Origin: a virus
IMG/VR virus record: IMGVR_UViG_3300028883_000003
Location: 32,001-96,000 of that record
Length of the DNA stretch: 64,000 nt
Reading direction: 5' to 3' (one strand)
Numbering within the stretch: position 1 is the first letter of the stretch; every line of letters starts with the position of its first letter. Below the pieces are notes generated by a model that saw nothing but the letters and a program-made list of their open reading frames with translations, made no database searches and was not told the origin of the DNA. Shown piece by piece: positions 18,218 to 27,834 of the stretch. The translations under genes were made by a program, and so were the position numbers.

Positions 18218-19306
18218 CTATATTCCTATTTCTTTTACTCTATCAATTATTTGTTTGGCGTTAACAGAAGATGGTGTCACATTCGTGTCCCCACGCATAA
18301 AAGCTTCAATGGTTTTATTTTCCGCTAATGATTGGCCAACTGGTTTTATAATTTCAGCATCTATCGTTTCCGCCATTTCTTCTATTTGGTTATGTTGAAA
18401 AATTGGAAAAAATGTAGTTTTATAATCATCTTTGTTAAATGCAAAATTATACCTCATAAATTTATCAAAATCTGGTAAATCATCTGTGGGCTGATTTTCA
18501 ATCACAATTGGAAATGATCCTAACAAAGCAGCCTCAATAGGCGGCATGGCCCCCATTGCAAAAACAAATAATTTTGATCTCATCATTTCATAATATCTGG
18601 ACCAACCCCATTTGGAACCCATAATTTCCAAGGTCACGTTAGGATTTGTAACTTTTTGTTTAATTACCTCAAGCATTGGGCCATCACCAATAATTGCCCA
18701 TGTTACTTTTGTTTGCACTTGATTCATTACTTGAATCAGCAAATCATATCGTTTAATTGAGGTAGCTCTGGATACAGTTAAAATTCTATTCTCAATATGT
18801 TTAGGACTATACATATTTTTTGCTTTATTAATTGAGGTTACATCAATAGAGGGGTAACGTAAAGGAATATCTTCAGTTATATTTAGAAGTTTTTTATGGT
18901 AATCAATTCTAGAATGGTTGCTCAATGTTTTTATTGCAGCATTTTTCCAAGCTTTACCAACCCTTTCGTAATAAGGAATGGTATAATTTAACTGTTGTTG
19001 AGAAATCTCAGGATCATTTTCAGTTAGGCCATAATTAAAAAAATCTATATTACGTTTTATACGCCAAGGGGGAATAGTTTCTAAATGTGAAACTAAAGGA
19101 ATGCACAATTTTTGTGCAGCAGCTTCACCTACAAATAAAGCTGTCTCGTATGGTGCCCAAACAAAATCAAATTTTTTGGCTGGAACATCGTCTAGCGTTT
19201 CAATAATTGTAACATTGTGACCTAACATTTCTAATTCTCTAGCTACGGCATCACTTGGGGTACTTACCCAATCATAACCTTGCATTCTTGCATACAGTAT
19301 ATTCAT
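18218..19306 (-). CDS. GT4 (GT-B) glycosyltransferase
   Basis: ILTVSR...IKRYDLLI, IIGDGP, PPIEAALLG. Confidence 0.8.
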   Translation of the reverse strand: MNILYARMQGYDWVSTPSDAVARELEMLGHNVTIIETLDDVPAKKFDFVWAPYETALFVGEAAAQKLCIPLVSHLETIPPWRIKRNIDFFNYGLTENDPEISQQQLNYTIPYYERVGKAWKNAAIKTLSNHSRIDYHKKLLNITEDIPLRYPSIDVTSINKAKNMYSPKHIENRILTVSRATSIKRYDLLIQVMNQVQTKVTWAIIGDGPMLEVIKQKVTNPNVTLEIMGSKWGWSRYYEMMRSKLFVFAMGAMPPIEAALLGSFPIVIENQPTDDLPDFDKFMRYNFAFNKDDYKTTFFPIFQHNQIEEMAETIDAEIIKPVGQSLAENKTIEAFMRGDTNVTPSSVNAKQIIDRVKEIGI

Positions 19307-19662
19307 TAGTGTTCCCTTATTTCTATAGATGTGTTATCTTTAGGAAAATAAGCCATCCATTTTAAATTTTTATTTTTGTCAAAAGACTTTATGCTTCTAT
19401 ACAATGTGCTATCTTTTGGAGAAACTATCCATGCTAACTCAATATTTTCACCAATTAGTGTATCGCACTGATGAAATGTTGAATAAAAAATCCAAGTATC
19501 CACAGTATCCACCACAGGTTCTTGCCAATTTACAATTACCGTGTCCATAATTATTTCTTTACTAATTTTTATTGGTATGGCATTTGGAAAAAGCAAATTA
19601 GCCCCAACGACCAAAATAATAAGAATTGCTATAAATAAAGTAACACAATATTTGTCTTTCAT
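19306..19662 (-). CDS. membrane-anchored exported protein rich in D-T/S sequons
   Basis: N-terminal TM helix followed by DTV, DTV, DTL, DST. Confidence 0.55.
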   Translation of the reverse strand: MKDKYCVTLFIAILIILVVGANLLFPNAIPIKISKEIIMDTVIVNWQEPVVDTVDTWIFYSTFHQCDTLIGENIELAWIVSPKDSTLYRSIKSFDKNKNLKWMAYFPKDNTSIEIREH

Positions 19663-19716
19663 AAATTCTCCTATTTAATATTATTTTCCGCTATCCACTT
19701 GAAACTATGTAAATGT

Positions 19717-20259
19717 TCATACCTTAACTCCTTGTACACCTAAATCAAAATAGTAAGCATTCTCTCTTGGCTCATTACCAACAATTTTAAATCCATTCAT
19801 CTCTAACAAAATAGTTAACCGTTCTTTGTCATACGCAGCACGATGTAAATTAACCAACTCAGCCAAATCATCATCAGATTTTTCTATACCCGGCTGATTT
19901 TCATAAGATTGAGCACCAAAGATTAAAGCACTAAACCTCTCAATGGTTATTTGTCCCATTGTGTATGCCTTTGCAATCTTTTCAGCATCAGGACAATAAA
20001 CACGCAATAATCCAGATGGAATTAAAATACGACGCCACTCTCCTATTGCAGCATCAACTTTGTCAGGATGAATGTGCTCAATGATATGAGAAGCCCTTAT
20101 TTCTTCAACTGATTCATCTTCAACGGGAACATGTGTGGAGACATCACACACTAGTTCAACACCTTCAATCTTTCGGATATCAGCATGTGTAAACCCAACT
20201 AATGGAGATGAACCTTCTCCACCTTCAAATTGTTCATTACCACCTAAATTTAATTTCAA
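19717..20259 (-). CDS. class I SAM-dependent methyltransferase (type 11-like)
   Basis: KLNLGG, D..K, CDV, SHIIEHI, EWRRILIPSG...PD. Confidence 0.8.
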   Translation of the reverse strand: MKLNLGGNEQFEGGEGSSPLVGFTHADIRKIEGVELVCDVSTHVPVEDESVEEIRASHIIEHIHPDKVDAAIGEWRRILIPSGLLRVYCPDAEKIAKAYTMGQITIERFSALIFGAQSYENQPGIEKSDDDLAELVNLHRAAYDKERLTILLEMNGFKIVGNEPRENAYYFDLGVQGVKV

Positions 20260-20528
20260 AACAACCCTTTCTTTACTTCTACAACATAGCGTGGGTTAAC
20301 ATCCCGGCCAGCAAATTGGAATAAATCAGATTCATCAACACAATTAGTAACACAAGCATAATCTTCGTCACGTTCTTCTTGTGTAGCGTATTTTTCTGTT
20401 AAAACTGTATTATCATACAACCTTATTGATACAAACCAATTCATTTTTATCTTTATATCTCCTTTTTCGCAACATATATTCAGCTTTAATAGAAGCTGTA
20501 ATAATACCTGTGGCTTTATCTGAATCAA
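20256..20528 (-). CDS. hypothetical protein
   Basis: Short ORF; true start probably at MNWFV. Confidence 0.35.
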   Translation of the reverse strand: MIQIKPQVLLQLLLKLNICCEKGDIKIKMNWFVSIRLYDNTVLTEKYATQEERDEDYACVTNCVDESDLFQFAGRDVNPRYVVEVKKGLF

Positions 20529-20582
20529 CTCCAGCTTTACGAAGTATCTTACGAAATCGTTTAGATGTCATAAAACGATAAG

Positions 20583-20879
20583 TCAATTTTTTTCCTTTTC
20601 CCTATGGTAAATCATCATTGCATAATTTGCAACATCAACCATTCGTCCTTCATCCATTGCAATTTGCATATCAGCTTTAAATTGTTTTACTTCATTTTCA
20701 GATTGCTTTAAGGGATCAATTGAGCCGGGTCGATGCCAACCACCTTTACCTTTTTGTCTGCATTCAGTTAATCGTTGATTCATAGCGAATGAGAAGGAAA
20801 GAATGCCTAAAACATCGGCTTGTTCATCTGTTAATTTTGGTGTAATTTCCGCACACTCTAAATATTTTTGTTCACTCAT
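20583..20879 (-). CDS. conserved phage protein, possibly all-alpha NTP pyrophosphatase-like
   Basis: KGKGGW...VDVANYAMMIYHR motif recalled from phage proteins; GAGG RBS. Confidence 0.45.
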   Translation of the reverse strand: MSEQKYLECAEITPKLTDEQADVLGILSFSFAMNQRLTECRQKGKGGWHRPGSIDPLKQSENEVKQFKADMQIAMDEGRMVDVANYAMMIYHREKEKN

Positions 20880-20893
20880 TTTTTACCTCTTTA

Positions 20894-21100
20894 CTATCCA
20901 TTATTTATTCTCCTTACTGCATATCTGCTAGTTACAACAGTAAACCCATCCACAAACTCTACAAGTATTGAATTCATACGACCACGAACAATAACACGAC
21001 ACGGCTGACCTTTACGCTCAGGTAATTTGCTACGCCAGAACCATATATGATCAAACTTCGCGTCAGTCATTTCTTTTTTCTTTTTAAATTGTTTGAGCAT
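20894..21100 (-). CDS. small hypothetical protein
   Basis: WFWRSKLPERKGQPCRVIVRG..NSILVEF small beta-barrel-like pattern. Confidence 0.45.
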   Translation of the reverse strand: MLKQFKKKKEMTDAKFDHIWFWRSKLPERKGQPCRVIVRGRMNSILVEFVDGFTVVTSRYAVRRINNG

Positions 21101-21250
21101 TTTGTTGAGGTCAACAAAATGGTTAGTTCTTCCTCACTTATTTTTTTCAATCGTCCATTTTTGTCGGTAGGATGTGGAATAACATCTGGCCATTCTTTAA
21201 CAATACCCGGAGCTAAACCTCTTTCTTGTGCTATATAAAAATCCATTTAG

Positions 21251-22096
21251 TTACTCCTTTGTAACAACAGCTAACAAATCCAAACAATTGTCATTATTTA
21301 TTAACCCAACATTAAACATATAAGTTCCATATTTTTTTTCATTGAACCCAACTAATGTCCAGAAAATTCTTCTGAGGTCCTTTCGTAACTTAGGCCCCCT
21401 TACCCTATTATACTCTATCTTTGTCACTTTAGTGGTTCCAGTTAGCCCATACATTTTAATTGTTTTAAACTGCAAAGATAATAATTTATTTAAACTCTTG
21501 TAATTATATTCGCGTATATGATCTTTATTCCATGGTTTTTGGTTGTCTTTTAATCTGTAGGTTCTATTTATAGTTGCAACAAATGCAACACCACCAACTT
21601 TTAAAATGCGATTCAAGTGAGTGACAAAAGATTTATCGTCAGGCATATGTTCCACCGTTTGAAAACACAAAACAAAGTCATAAGTGTTGCTAGGCTCGTC
21701 TTCAATTAGCCCATGCTCAAAAGTAATTAAAGGAGAAGTATATTTAAGTCTGGCCAAATCAATAATTGTTGCTGCTTCTCTACGAACCCCTATCTCTGCA
21801 TCAGTAGCTCTGATTGGTTTTCGTAACTTGTCAACTAAAATTTGTGTTCCATACCCAATACCACATCCTATTTCAAGAATACTAGGAGTATGTGAGTTAG
21901 TTGGCAGTTTAGCTGATATGTAATCAGCAACAAATTCATACATTTTTTGAAAGCGTAAATACAATAAATAATCTTCCTTAGTAACAATGTTACCGGGAAT
22001 ACTTCTTTTACTTATCCATATTTGTCCTTTAATTGCACGATATAATAGCAGACCTAAAAAACAAACAAAGATAACAAAACAAAATAAATTAATCAT
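21251..22096 (-). CDS. class I SAM-dependent methyltransferase with N-terminal TM
   Basis: LEIGCGIGYG, YDFVLCFQTVEH, RILKVGG, HIREY. Confidence 0.85.
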   Translation of the reverse strand: MINLFCFVIFVCFLGLLLYRAIKGQIWISKRSIPGNIVTKEDYLLYLRFQKMYEFVADYISAKLPTNSHTPSILEIGCGIGYGTQILVDKLRKPIRATDAEIGVRREAATIIDLARLKYTSPLITFEHGLIEDEPSNTYDFVLCFQTVEHMPDDKSFVTHLNRILKVGGVAFVATINRTYRLKDNQKPWNKDHIREYNYKSLNKLLSLQFKTIKMYGLTGTTKVTKIEYNRVRGPKLRKDLRRIFWTLVGFNEKKYGTYMFNVGLINNDNCLDLLAVVTKE

Positions 22097-24215
22097 CTAA
22101 AATCCTTTTTAATGCATGAGACAACGTATATTTTTCTAAATACAGTTTTAAACCTTGTTCTGATATATATTTTCTCTTTTTATCATTTTTCAACAATTCA
22201 TTAATCTGTTCTAAACATTGTTGTTCAGTAGCAAAAAACACCATATGTTTTCCATCAGTAAACATATCTTCTAAATTGGGAACATATTGGTTTAGCCCTA
22301 CTCCGCCAACAGCCATGGCTTGCAAATAACGATCAGAAAAGTACAATGGAACATCATTAACAATGTTGGTATTCAAAATAATTTTTGCCCTATTTAAAAC
22401 TTTAACATGGTCAGCATTAAATACACCATCTTTTGCATATGGTTTAAGTTTGTCAGGCCAAGCACCATTACCAAATATTTTTATTTTTACCCCATTATCA
22501 ACCAAATACTCAAGTAATTTTAGTCTTGGTTCACTGTGTGGTGTGCCAACAAAAACTACGTCAATATCCTTTTCAATTTCAGGAATTGGTTTATATGTGT
22601 TTGGATCAGGAGCAATAATACCAAATTCACAAGGTCGTTGGGTTTGTGCAAAAACTCTAGATAAAAGCTCTGGTGCCCCGGTATGCCAAAATGATTTATG
22701 ACAAACCCTGCTTAATTCAGCAAACCACTGTTCTACTTGTCTTCGGTTATCAACATACCAACAAGCCAATTTAATCTTAGGCATAAGTTGGTTAATACTA
22801 TTTAAAACTTGAGGATGAATATTTTGTCCACCACATATCAAAACCATCTCCGGTTCATTGTGTAGGGTGTCATTAACCAATTTATAAGTAGCTTCAATTG
22901 GGTTGTTGTTGCACTTCTTCAAAGTAACACGATAGTCATGAGTTAAGACTTTGTATCCAAAATCCTTTTCTAATGTTCTTTTTATAAAGTGTTCATTTCT
23001 AAATGCTCCTAATGGGCCACTACTATCAAAAGAACCCACTAAAAGAATTCTTTTCTTTTTAGGGTTTTTGTCAGCAAAGAAAATTTCGTTGTAAACTTCC
23101 TGTGCTGTATGATAGGCCATACATTCGCAGTTATTAAATTTTTCTGTATATTGGCAAGGAGAACATGGCATTCTTTTGTTTAAAATGGTGACATCTTTAC
23201 CTAATGGTAAATTCTTTGCAACCATCGTCGGAGCAAAAATAGCATAAGTTTTAGCTCCTACTGAAGACGCGATATGCGTGGGGCCAGTATCATTGCCAAT
23301 ATACATTTTGCAATTTTGTAAAACAGTAGCTAATTGAGGAATAGAAAGTTTACCCATTAAACCAAGCTCAACATTAGGTGGCCATTCCTTTTCTTTAGCT
23401 TCTTTATAATCTTCTTCATCTCCAATCATCACTATTTTGTAATGGGAGAATTTCTTGTTAATCAACTCTGCCAACTCAACGTAGTGTGGCCAACGCTTAA
23501 CATCCCACGTTCCATTACCAAGACGCAAAGCAGTATCACCAAACACAATGTAAGGAGCATATTTAGCTTTATCAACATTGCCCATCTCTTGAATTGGTCT
23601 TTTGTACAAGTCAAGTTTCTCCATTAGAAGCTGGAGCTTATCTAATTCTTCATCCTTAGCTGTTTCACAATGAGTAGGTGGTAAATCTCCACTGCAATCA
23701 AGAAAATCATTAATACCCATATGCTGTAAAGACTCATGAAACATTTTAAACTCAGCTGTAATAATAGCTTTTGAATATTGAGTTAACAATTGACCATATT
23801 GGTTTAAAGTGTTAGCACTCCAAATAGTGGCATAGACTAAATCATAATGTTTGTAATCAAAATCAGTTATTACATTGTCAACGCATTCCCAACCACGGAT
23901 TACGCTCGCCGCCGGTTCTTTACACCAAACTGTGATCTTAAGCAACGGATGTTCATGTTTCAAACTACGGATGGCAGGAGTAAGCATAACCATGTTACCA
24001 ATGCCTTCTTCCATAATTATTAACAGCGAACTAACTTTAGTATTTTGGTACAAAGAATATAAATTCTGACTAAGCATGTTAGCCAAATTAATACCTTGAG
24101 ATTCTAATTCATGTCTTTTCTCAGGAGAAATCGACAGATATTGTTTTAACAAATCTCCGGTCAGCTTGTCAACTTGTTCTTTTACTGCAAAAGATAATTT
24201 TATTTGTTTTCCCAT
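22089..24215 (-). CDS. GT9 (heptosyltransferase-like) fused to a CgeB/Glyco_trans_1_2-type glycosyltransferase
   Basis: GIGNMVMLTPAIRSLK, KRWPHY, GNDTGPTHIA (GT9); DVVFVGT, KIFGNGAW, AKIILN, SDRYLQAMAVGG (CgeB-like). Confidence 0.85.
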   Translation of the reverse strand: MGKQIKLSFAVKEQVDKLTGDLLKQYLSISPEKRHELESQGINLANMLSQNLYSLYQNTKVSSLLIIMEEGIGNMVMLTPAIRSLKHEHPLLKITVWCKEPAASVIRGWECVDNVITDFDYKHYDLVYATIWSANTLNQYGQLLTQYSKAIITAEFKMFHESLQHMGINDFLDCSGDLPPTHCETAKDEELDKLQLLMEKLDLYKRPIQEMGNVDKAKYAPYIVFGDTALRLGNGTWDVKRWPHYVELAELINKKFSHYKIVMIGDEEDYKEAKEKEWPPNVELGLMGKLSIPQLATVLQNCKMYIGNDTGPTHIASSVGAKTYAIFAPTMVAKNLPLGKDVTILNKRMPCSPCQYTEKFNNCECMAYHTAQEVYNEIFFADKNPKKKRILLVGSFDSSGPLGAFRNEHFIKRTLEKDFGYKVLTHDYRVTLKKCNNNPIEATYKLVNDTLHNEPEMVLICGGQNIHPQVLNSINQLMPKIKLACWYVDNRRQVEQWFAELSRVCHKSFWHTGAPELLSRVFAQTQRPCEFGIIAPDPNTYKPIPEIEKDIDVVFVGTPHSEPRLKLLEYLVDNGVKIKIFGNGAWPDKLKPYAKDGVFNADHVKVLNRAKIILNTNIVNDVPLYFSDRYLQAMAVGGVGLNQYVPNLEDMFTDGKHMVFFATEQQCLEQINELLKNDKKRKYISEQGLKLYLEKYTLSHALKRILDD

Positions 24216-24505
24216 TATTTACCTAGATTTTTTAAAAGTTCGCGATTCAAATGCCACTCTAATGCTTCATTCCATCTAAAGTCTGTCTTTTTTAATAACG
24301 GACTTAGTATGTCTATATTAGAAATCTTATTCATTGAAACCAAATGATGGTGTCGTTGGCACAAACAAATTAGGTTCCATGGTTCATCCGGCCCTCCCTG
24401 TCCTTTTGGCACAATGTGGTGTACTTCAACGTTCAATCTGGAACCACAACCAAACACTCTACACTGATGTTTATCTAATTTTCTTACCTCTGTGTAAACG
24501 CTCAT
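24215..24505 (-). CDS. HNH endonuclease
   Basis: CRVFGC...EVHHIVPKGQGG...NLICLCQRHH. Confidence 0.88.
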   Translation of the reverse strand: MSVYTEVRKLDKHQCRVFGCGSRLNVEVHHIVPKGQGGPDEPWNLICLCQRHHHLVSMNKISNIDILSPLLKKTDFRWNEALEWHLNRELLKNLGK

Positions 24506-25278
24506 ACTTTGATATTAAAAGATTTTAAGTCATCATCTGTAAAAAAGTTAACACTCTTTAGTTTCCTAATTAAATTTGAGCCGGAAAGCAATAACAATTC
24601 TTTCCAATCTGACTTATGTTCATTCACCACTGTAAAAAACCAATCGTCCGTTACATCTAAATCAACTTCGGAAACATGGCCTTCTCCTGCCTCAATGGTT
24701 GGCTTGTCAATACGAACAATTTTTACAGCTTTGCCATTGTTGCTTTCAATAAACTCTTTTTCATTTTTGAATCTTACGTCTGTTATAATATAAATAGAGT
24801 CATCCGTAATTTGTTTAGCAGCATAATTAATCCAAATGTTTTGATCTATTCCACCTGATACTTCAACAAATTCTTGAGTCTTTTCAGAGAACATATTGAA
24901 GATACCATTAAAAACTTGTTTGTTATATTTTAGTTTTCGTTTTAGATTAACTTCCTCAATACCAAACTCAGACACTGCTATCTTTTCAACCCAAACAGGA
25001 AACCCGGAATCTCCAATTAATTTTCTCTCATCATCTGTCAGGTTTGCAACAGTTGTTATACAATTACGAACGCTACTACCAATACCTTGAAGAATCATTC
25101 TCGATGTTTTTGTTTTCGTTTCATAGCATTCCTCATGGCCTAATTCAAAATACTTCATTCCAAAATGCTTTACTTTATCTGCGAATGATAAATGTTTGAA
25201 CCCATAAGTTTCTTTTAAAACTTTAAAGAATTCATCTTTACCGGATCGTGCTTTACCATGGAGTCCAATTAATCTCAT
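24502..25278 (-). CDS. deoxynucleoside monophosphate kinase
   Basis: GKARSGKD P-loop, FAD, RMILQGIG, TDVRFKNE, HVSE. Confidence 0.88.
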   Translation of the reverse strand: MRLIGLHGKARSGKDEFFKVLKETYGFKHLSFADKVKHFGMKYFELGHEECYETKTKTSRMILQGIGSSVRNCITTVANLTDDERKLIGDSGFPVWVEKIAVSEFGIEEVNLKRKLKYNKQVFNGIFNMFSEKTQEFVEVSGGIDQNIWINYAAKQITDDSIYIITDVRFKNEKEFIESNNGKAVKIVRIDKPTIEAGEGHVSEVDLDVTDDWFFTVVNEHKSDWKELLLLSGSNLIRKLKSVNFFTDDDLKSFNIKV

Positions 25279-25634
25279 TACCTATTATCTCCTTCACTTT
25301 TAATAACTCCACGTTTTTGTCGATCTTGCAATTTGGCAATGTTACTAACAGCGATGTTGTCTAATGATATTTTAAATTCTTTTGCAACAGCTTGGATATA
25401 CCAAAGAACATCACCAAGTTCCTTTTTAATCTCTTCTATGTCCTGTAACGTATAGTTGCCCTTTTTGTTCCTGATTATTTTTTTTATTTTTTCAGCAACT
25501 TCTCCAGCTTCACCAACCAACCCAAGAACTGGGTATAAATAATTGGCTTCGGTGTCTTTGTCGCCAGCATCAACTAAGATAATCGGATATTCAACTGTTT
25601 CTTGTGCTTTCTTTTCATACTCATCAAATGTCAT
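25278..25634 (-). CDS. mazG: MazG-like nucleotide pyrophosphohydrolase
   Basis: LGLVGEAGEVAEKIKK...ELGDVLWY...NIAKLQDR. Confidence 0.9.
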   Translation of the reverse strand: MTFDEYEKKAQETVEYPIILVDAGDKDTEANYLYPVLGLVGEAGEVAEKIKKIIRNKKGNYTLQDIEEIKKELGDVLWYIQAVAKEFKISLDNIAVSNIAKLQDRQKRGVIKSEGDNR

Positions 25635-25641
25635 GTTTACC

Positions 25642-25857
25642 TCAACTTTGGTTTAACTTGTTTAGTTTCAAAGAGATAGCATTAGCTAATTCTTTATTTG
25701 TTTTCACAATTCCCTTCAAAATCCTAGGGGGCTGAACTGCGTAGTGTTTAATCCTATGAGCCAGTTTATTTGCTTTGTGCTTTAGTCTTCTTCCCTCGGC
25801 TCGATACGATGTGTATCTTGTTTTTCTTTGTTTGCTTGTCGCTCTCTTCTTTGCCAT
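25642..25857 (-). CDS. small basic hypothetical protein
   Basis: Arg/Lys-rich 71-aa ORF with GAGG RBS. Confidence 0.4.
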   Translation of the reverse strand: MAKKRATSKQRKTRYTSYRAEGRRLKHKANKLAHRIKHYAVQPPRILKGIVKTNKELANAISLKLNKLNQS

Positions 25858-26140
25858 TTTTTTCCTCTAAGCTAAAGTCAATTAATTCAGTTGCACCAGA
25901 ACGCATTAAGTAATCAATCAAGGTTTTTGGATCAACCGTTGCCTTGTGGTAGTAAAGCTGATCATATTTTTTAGTTGGGACTGGAATATCCTCAATTTTT
26001 GTCCCATATTTAACTACCCGAATCTTAAAAAGGTCTGGATATTTTGACAAGGTAATATATCGTTTTCGCATTTTTGCCAAAACTTCCCGACTTGAAAGAT
26101 CTGTGTTATGTATAGCTAATATCCGAATCACTTGATCCAC
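25766..26140 (-). CDS. hypothetical protein
   Basis: ORF coupled to its neighbours. Confidence 0.4.
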   Translation of the reverse strand: MDQVIRILAIHNTDLSSREVLAKMRKRYITLSKYPDLFKIRVVKYGTKIEDIPVPTKKYDQLYYHKATVDPKTLIDYLMRSGATELIDFSLEEKNGKEESDKQTKKNKIHIVSSRGKKTKAQSK

Positions 26141-26588
26141 CTCGCATAAGTTTAGCAGTTTCAGCCTTCATAATACTCTGGATTATTGTTACTCTTTTGT
26201 CTAACTTTTCAGCAGCATTTGCCAAATAGGATACAATTTGAGTTTGGCGAATCGTCATAGTTTGAGTGTATAGTTTTCGATCAGCCTCAGACAAGCCTTG
26301 ACTCTTTTTTGTGTGATGCAAAGCTTGAAATATTTGCAGGTGGGTTTTAGCGTCAGATAAATACTGTCCCACCGTATAGGAAATAGTTGAATACTCAGAC
26401 ATAAGCTCAGGCAAGAGCCCTAAGTCGTTGTCAATTGGTATCTTAATCTTCTCGGCCACAGTTTTTAACAAGGGCTCGGCGGCGGCTAGAAACTCTTTGA
26501 AGTTTACTTCGATCTCATCTTGCTGGTCTTTGAGCATTTTTTGAATTGAGAATATATTCTCATCAACTGCTAGTGGTAACTTAATCAT
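26106..26588 (-). CDS. helical hypothetical protein, first gene of the leftward arm
   Basis: 160 aa, coiled-coil-like. Confidence 0.5.
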   Translation of the reverse strand: MIKLPLAVDENIFSIQKMLKDQQDEIEVNFKEFLAAAEPLLKTVAEKIKIPIDNDLGLLPELMSEYSTISYTVGQYLSDAKTHLQIFQALHHTKKSQGLSEADRKLYTQTMTIRQTQIVSYLANAAEKLDKRVTIIQSIMKAETAKLMRGGSSDSDISYT

Positions 26589-27010
26589 ATTTTCTTTAAC
26601 TCCAAAAGGTAGGGTATTGTTCCCGAAAGATCGACTTTTTTTGAAAAAATTTTAAATTTCGCGATAATTATTAATTCTTGAATACAGTTAGTAATATAAT
26701 ATATTTAAATCTAGAATACAGTAATTATAATAATATTATATATATAATAATATATTAATATATATATATATATATATAATTATATTATCTAGTATTTAAT
26801 ACTAACAGTATTATAATATTATTAGTATTAAGATAAGGGGTATTAAGTAATAATTTTTTGTTTTTTGACATAACAACAATTTAAAAATTAAAAAGTTCCC
26901 GAAAAAAATAATTTTTTTGCTTTTTTTAAAAAAAATTTAAAAAAGTTGATTTTTTTAGTACAAAATTCCTCCAAAGGGCCGATATATACTTAGGACGAAG
27001 GGAGATGTAA
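26589..27010. promoter_or_regulatory. AT-rich divergent intergenic region; candidate replication origin or bidirectional control region
   Basis: Coding strand switches here; 67-nt pure A/T run (26722-26788) with a (TA)n tract; direct repeats GTTCCCGAAA (26619, 26895) and GAATACAGT (26680, 26714). Confidence 0.55.
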
Positions 27011-27832
27011 ATGGAAAAGAAGGTTTTATTTCGTATCAAGGACAACGATGCTAATGGTTTTTTGAGGGTCTTAGAAGACTTTTACCGGTTTTACAAAAAT
27101 AAACCAGAAGTGGAGGCTAAGTCTTTAGCAGCAGCCGGATTTGCTAACCTTATATCGGGGAATGACTTAGATGGCAAAAAGATTACCAATCCAAATTTGG
27201 TGTATTTTGACGAAATTTTATCCGTTGTTACCGAGAATTACTATACCCCATCACAAACAGCCAGATACCGTTACAAAAAGGCCAGTCGTTCAACTTTTGG
27301 CAGGCCGAAGAAAACAACAAAAACATCGACACAAATACTTTCTCCTGAAGAAAGTAAAGAAACCGAAAAGAAAATAGACAGAATCAAACATAACCTTTTG
27401 ACGGAATATCCTACTCTGGATAGGATAGATTTAGAAGAAAATATTGATAATTATTGCAAGTTGATTGTCAAAATAAATGAGTTAATGTCTGAGGCTGCGG
27501 CAGATAACACTATGGCAATCAAGAACTTAACTGATACACAAATTAAATTAGGTAGTTTTTTGGGAATTGACGAGGGAGAAAAGGCAAAGCAAAAATCAAT
27601 CGACGATCAGCAAAGTGTTGCCTCTTTGTCCTCCAAGTTCCAGAGAACCATTGATGAATTTCCAGAAATAATGGACAGAATGCGGTATAAGGAACTAAGG
27701 ATTTTATTGGAAAAGTATGATAGGCAAGAGATTAGCAGGGAACTTTTTGAAAACAGTGCTTACGCCGGTGTCACAGTAGATGCTGCTAGGGAGTTTATTA
27801 AGAAGCGTGAAGCAAAGTATGAGGCTAGTTAA
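27011..27832 (+). CDS. candidate terminase small subunit
   Basis: Immediately upstream of TerL, helical, GGGAG RBS; positional inference only. Confidence 0.45.
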   Translation: MEKKVLFRIKDNDANGFLRVLEDFYRFYKNKPEVEAKSLAAAGFANLISGNDLDGKKITNPNLVYFDEILSVVTENYYTPSQTARYRYKKASRSTFGRPKKTTKTSTQILSPEESKETEKKIDRIKHNLLTEYPTLDRIDLEENIDNYCKLIVKINELMSEAAADNTMAIKNLTDTQIKLGSFLGIDEGEKAKQKSIDDQQSVASLSSKFQRTIDEFPEIMDRMRYKELRILLEKYDRQEISRELFENSAYAGVTVDAAREFIKKREAKYEAS

Positions 27833-27834
27833 TT

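Noticed and set aside
12516-25634. Definite DNA hypermodification pathway
   Set aside because: No hydroxymethylase, thymidylate synthase homologue or base-modifying enzyme in the window, and CCWGG avoidance suggests the DNA remains restriction-sensitive; kept only as an alternative.
26106-26588. UvsY-like recombination mediator
   Set aside because: Only a generic helical resemblance, and no UvsX/RecA in the window.
26865-26895. Sigma70 promoter from TTGACA at 26865
   Set aside because: No good -10 hexamer at 16-18 nt spacing; the AT-rich context gives chance matches.
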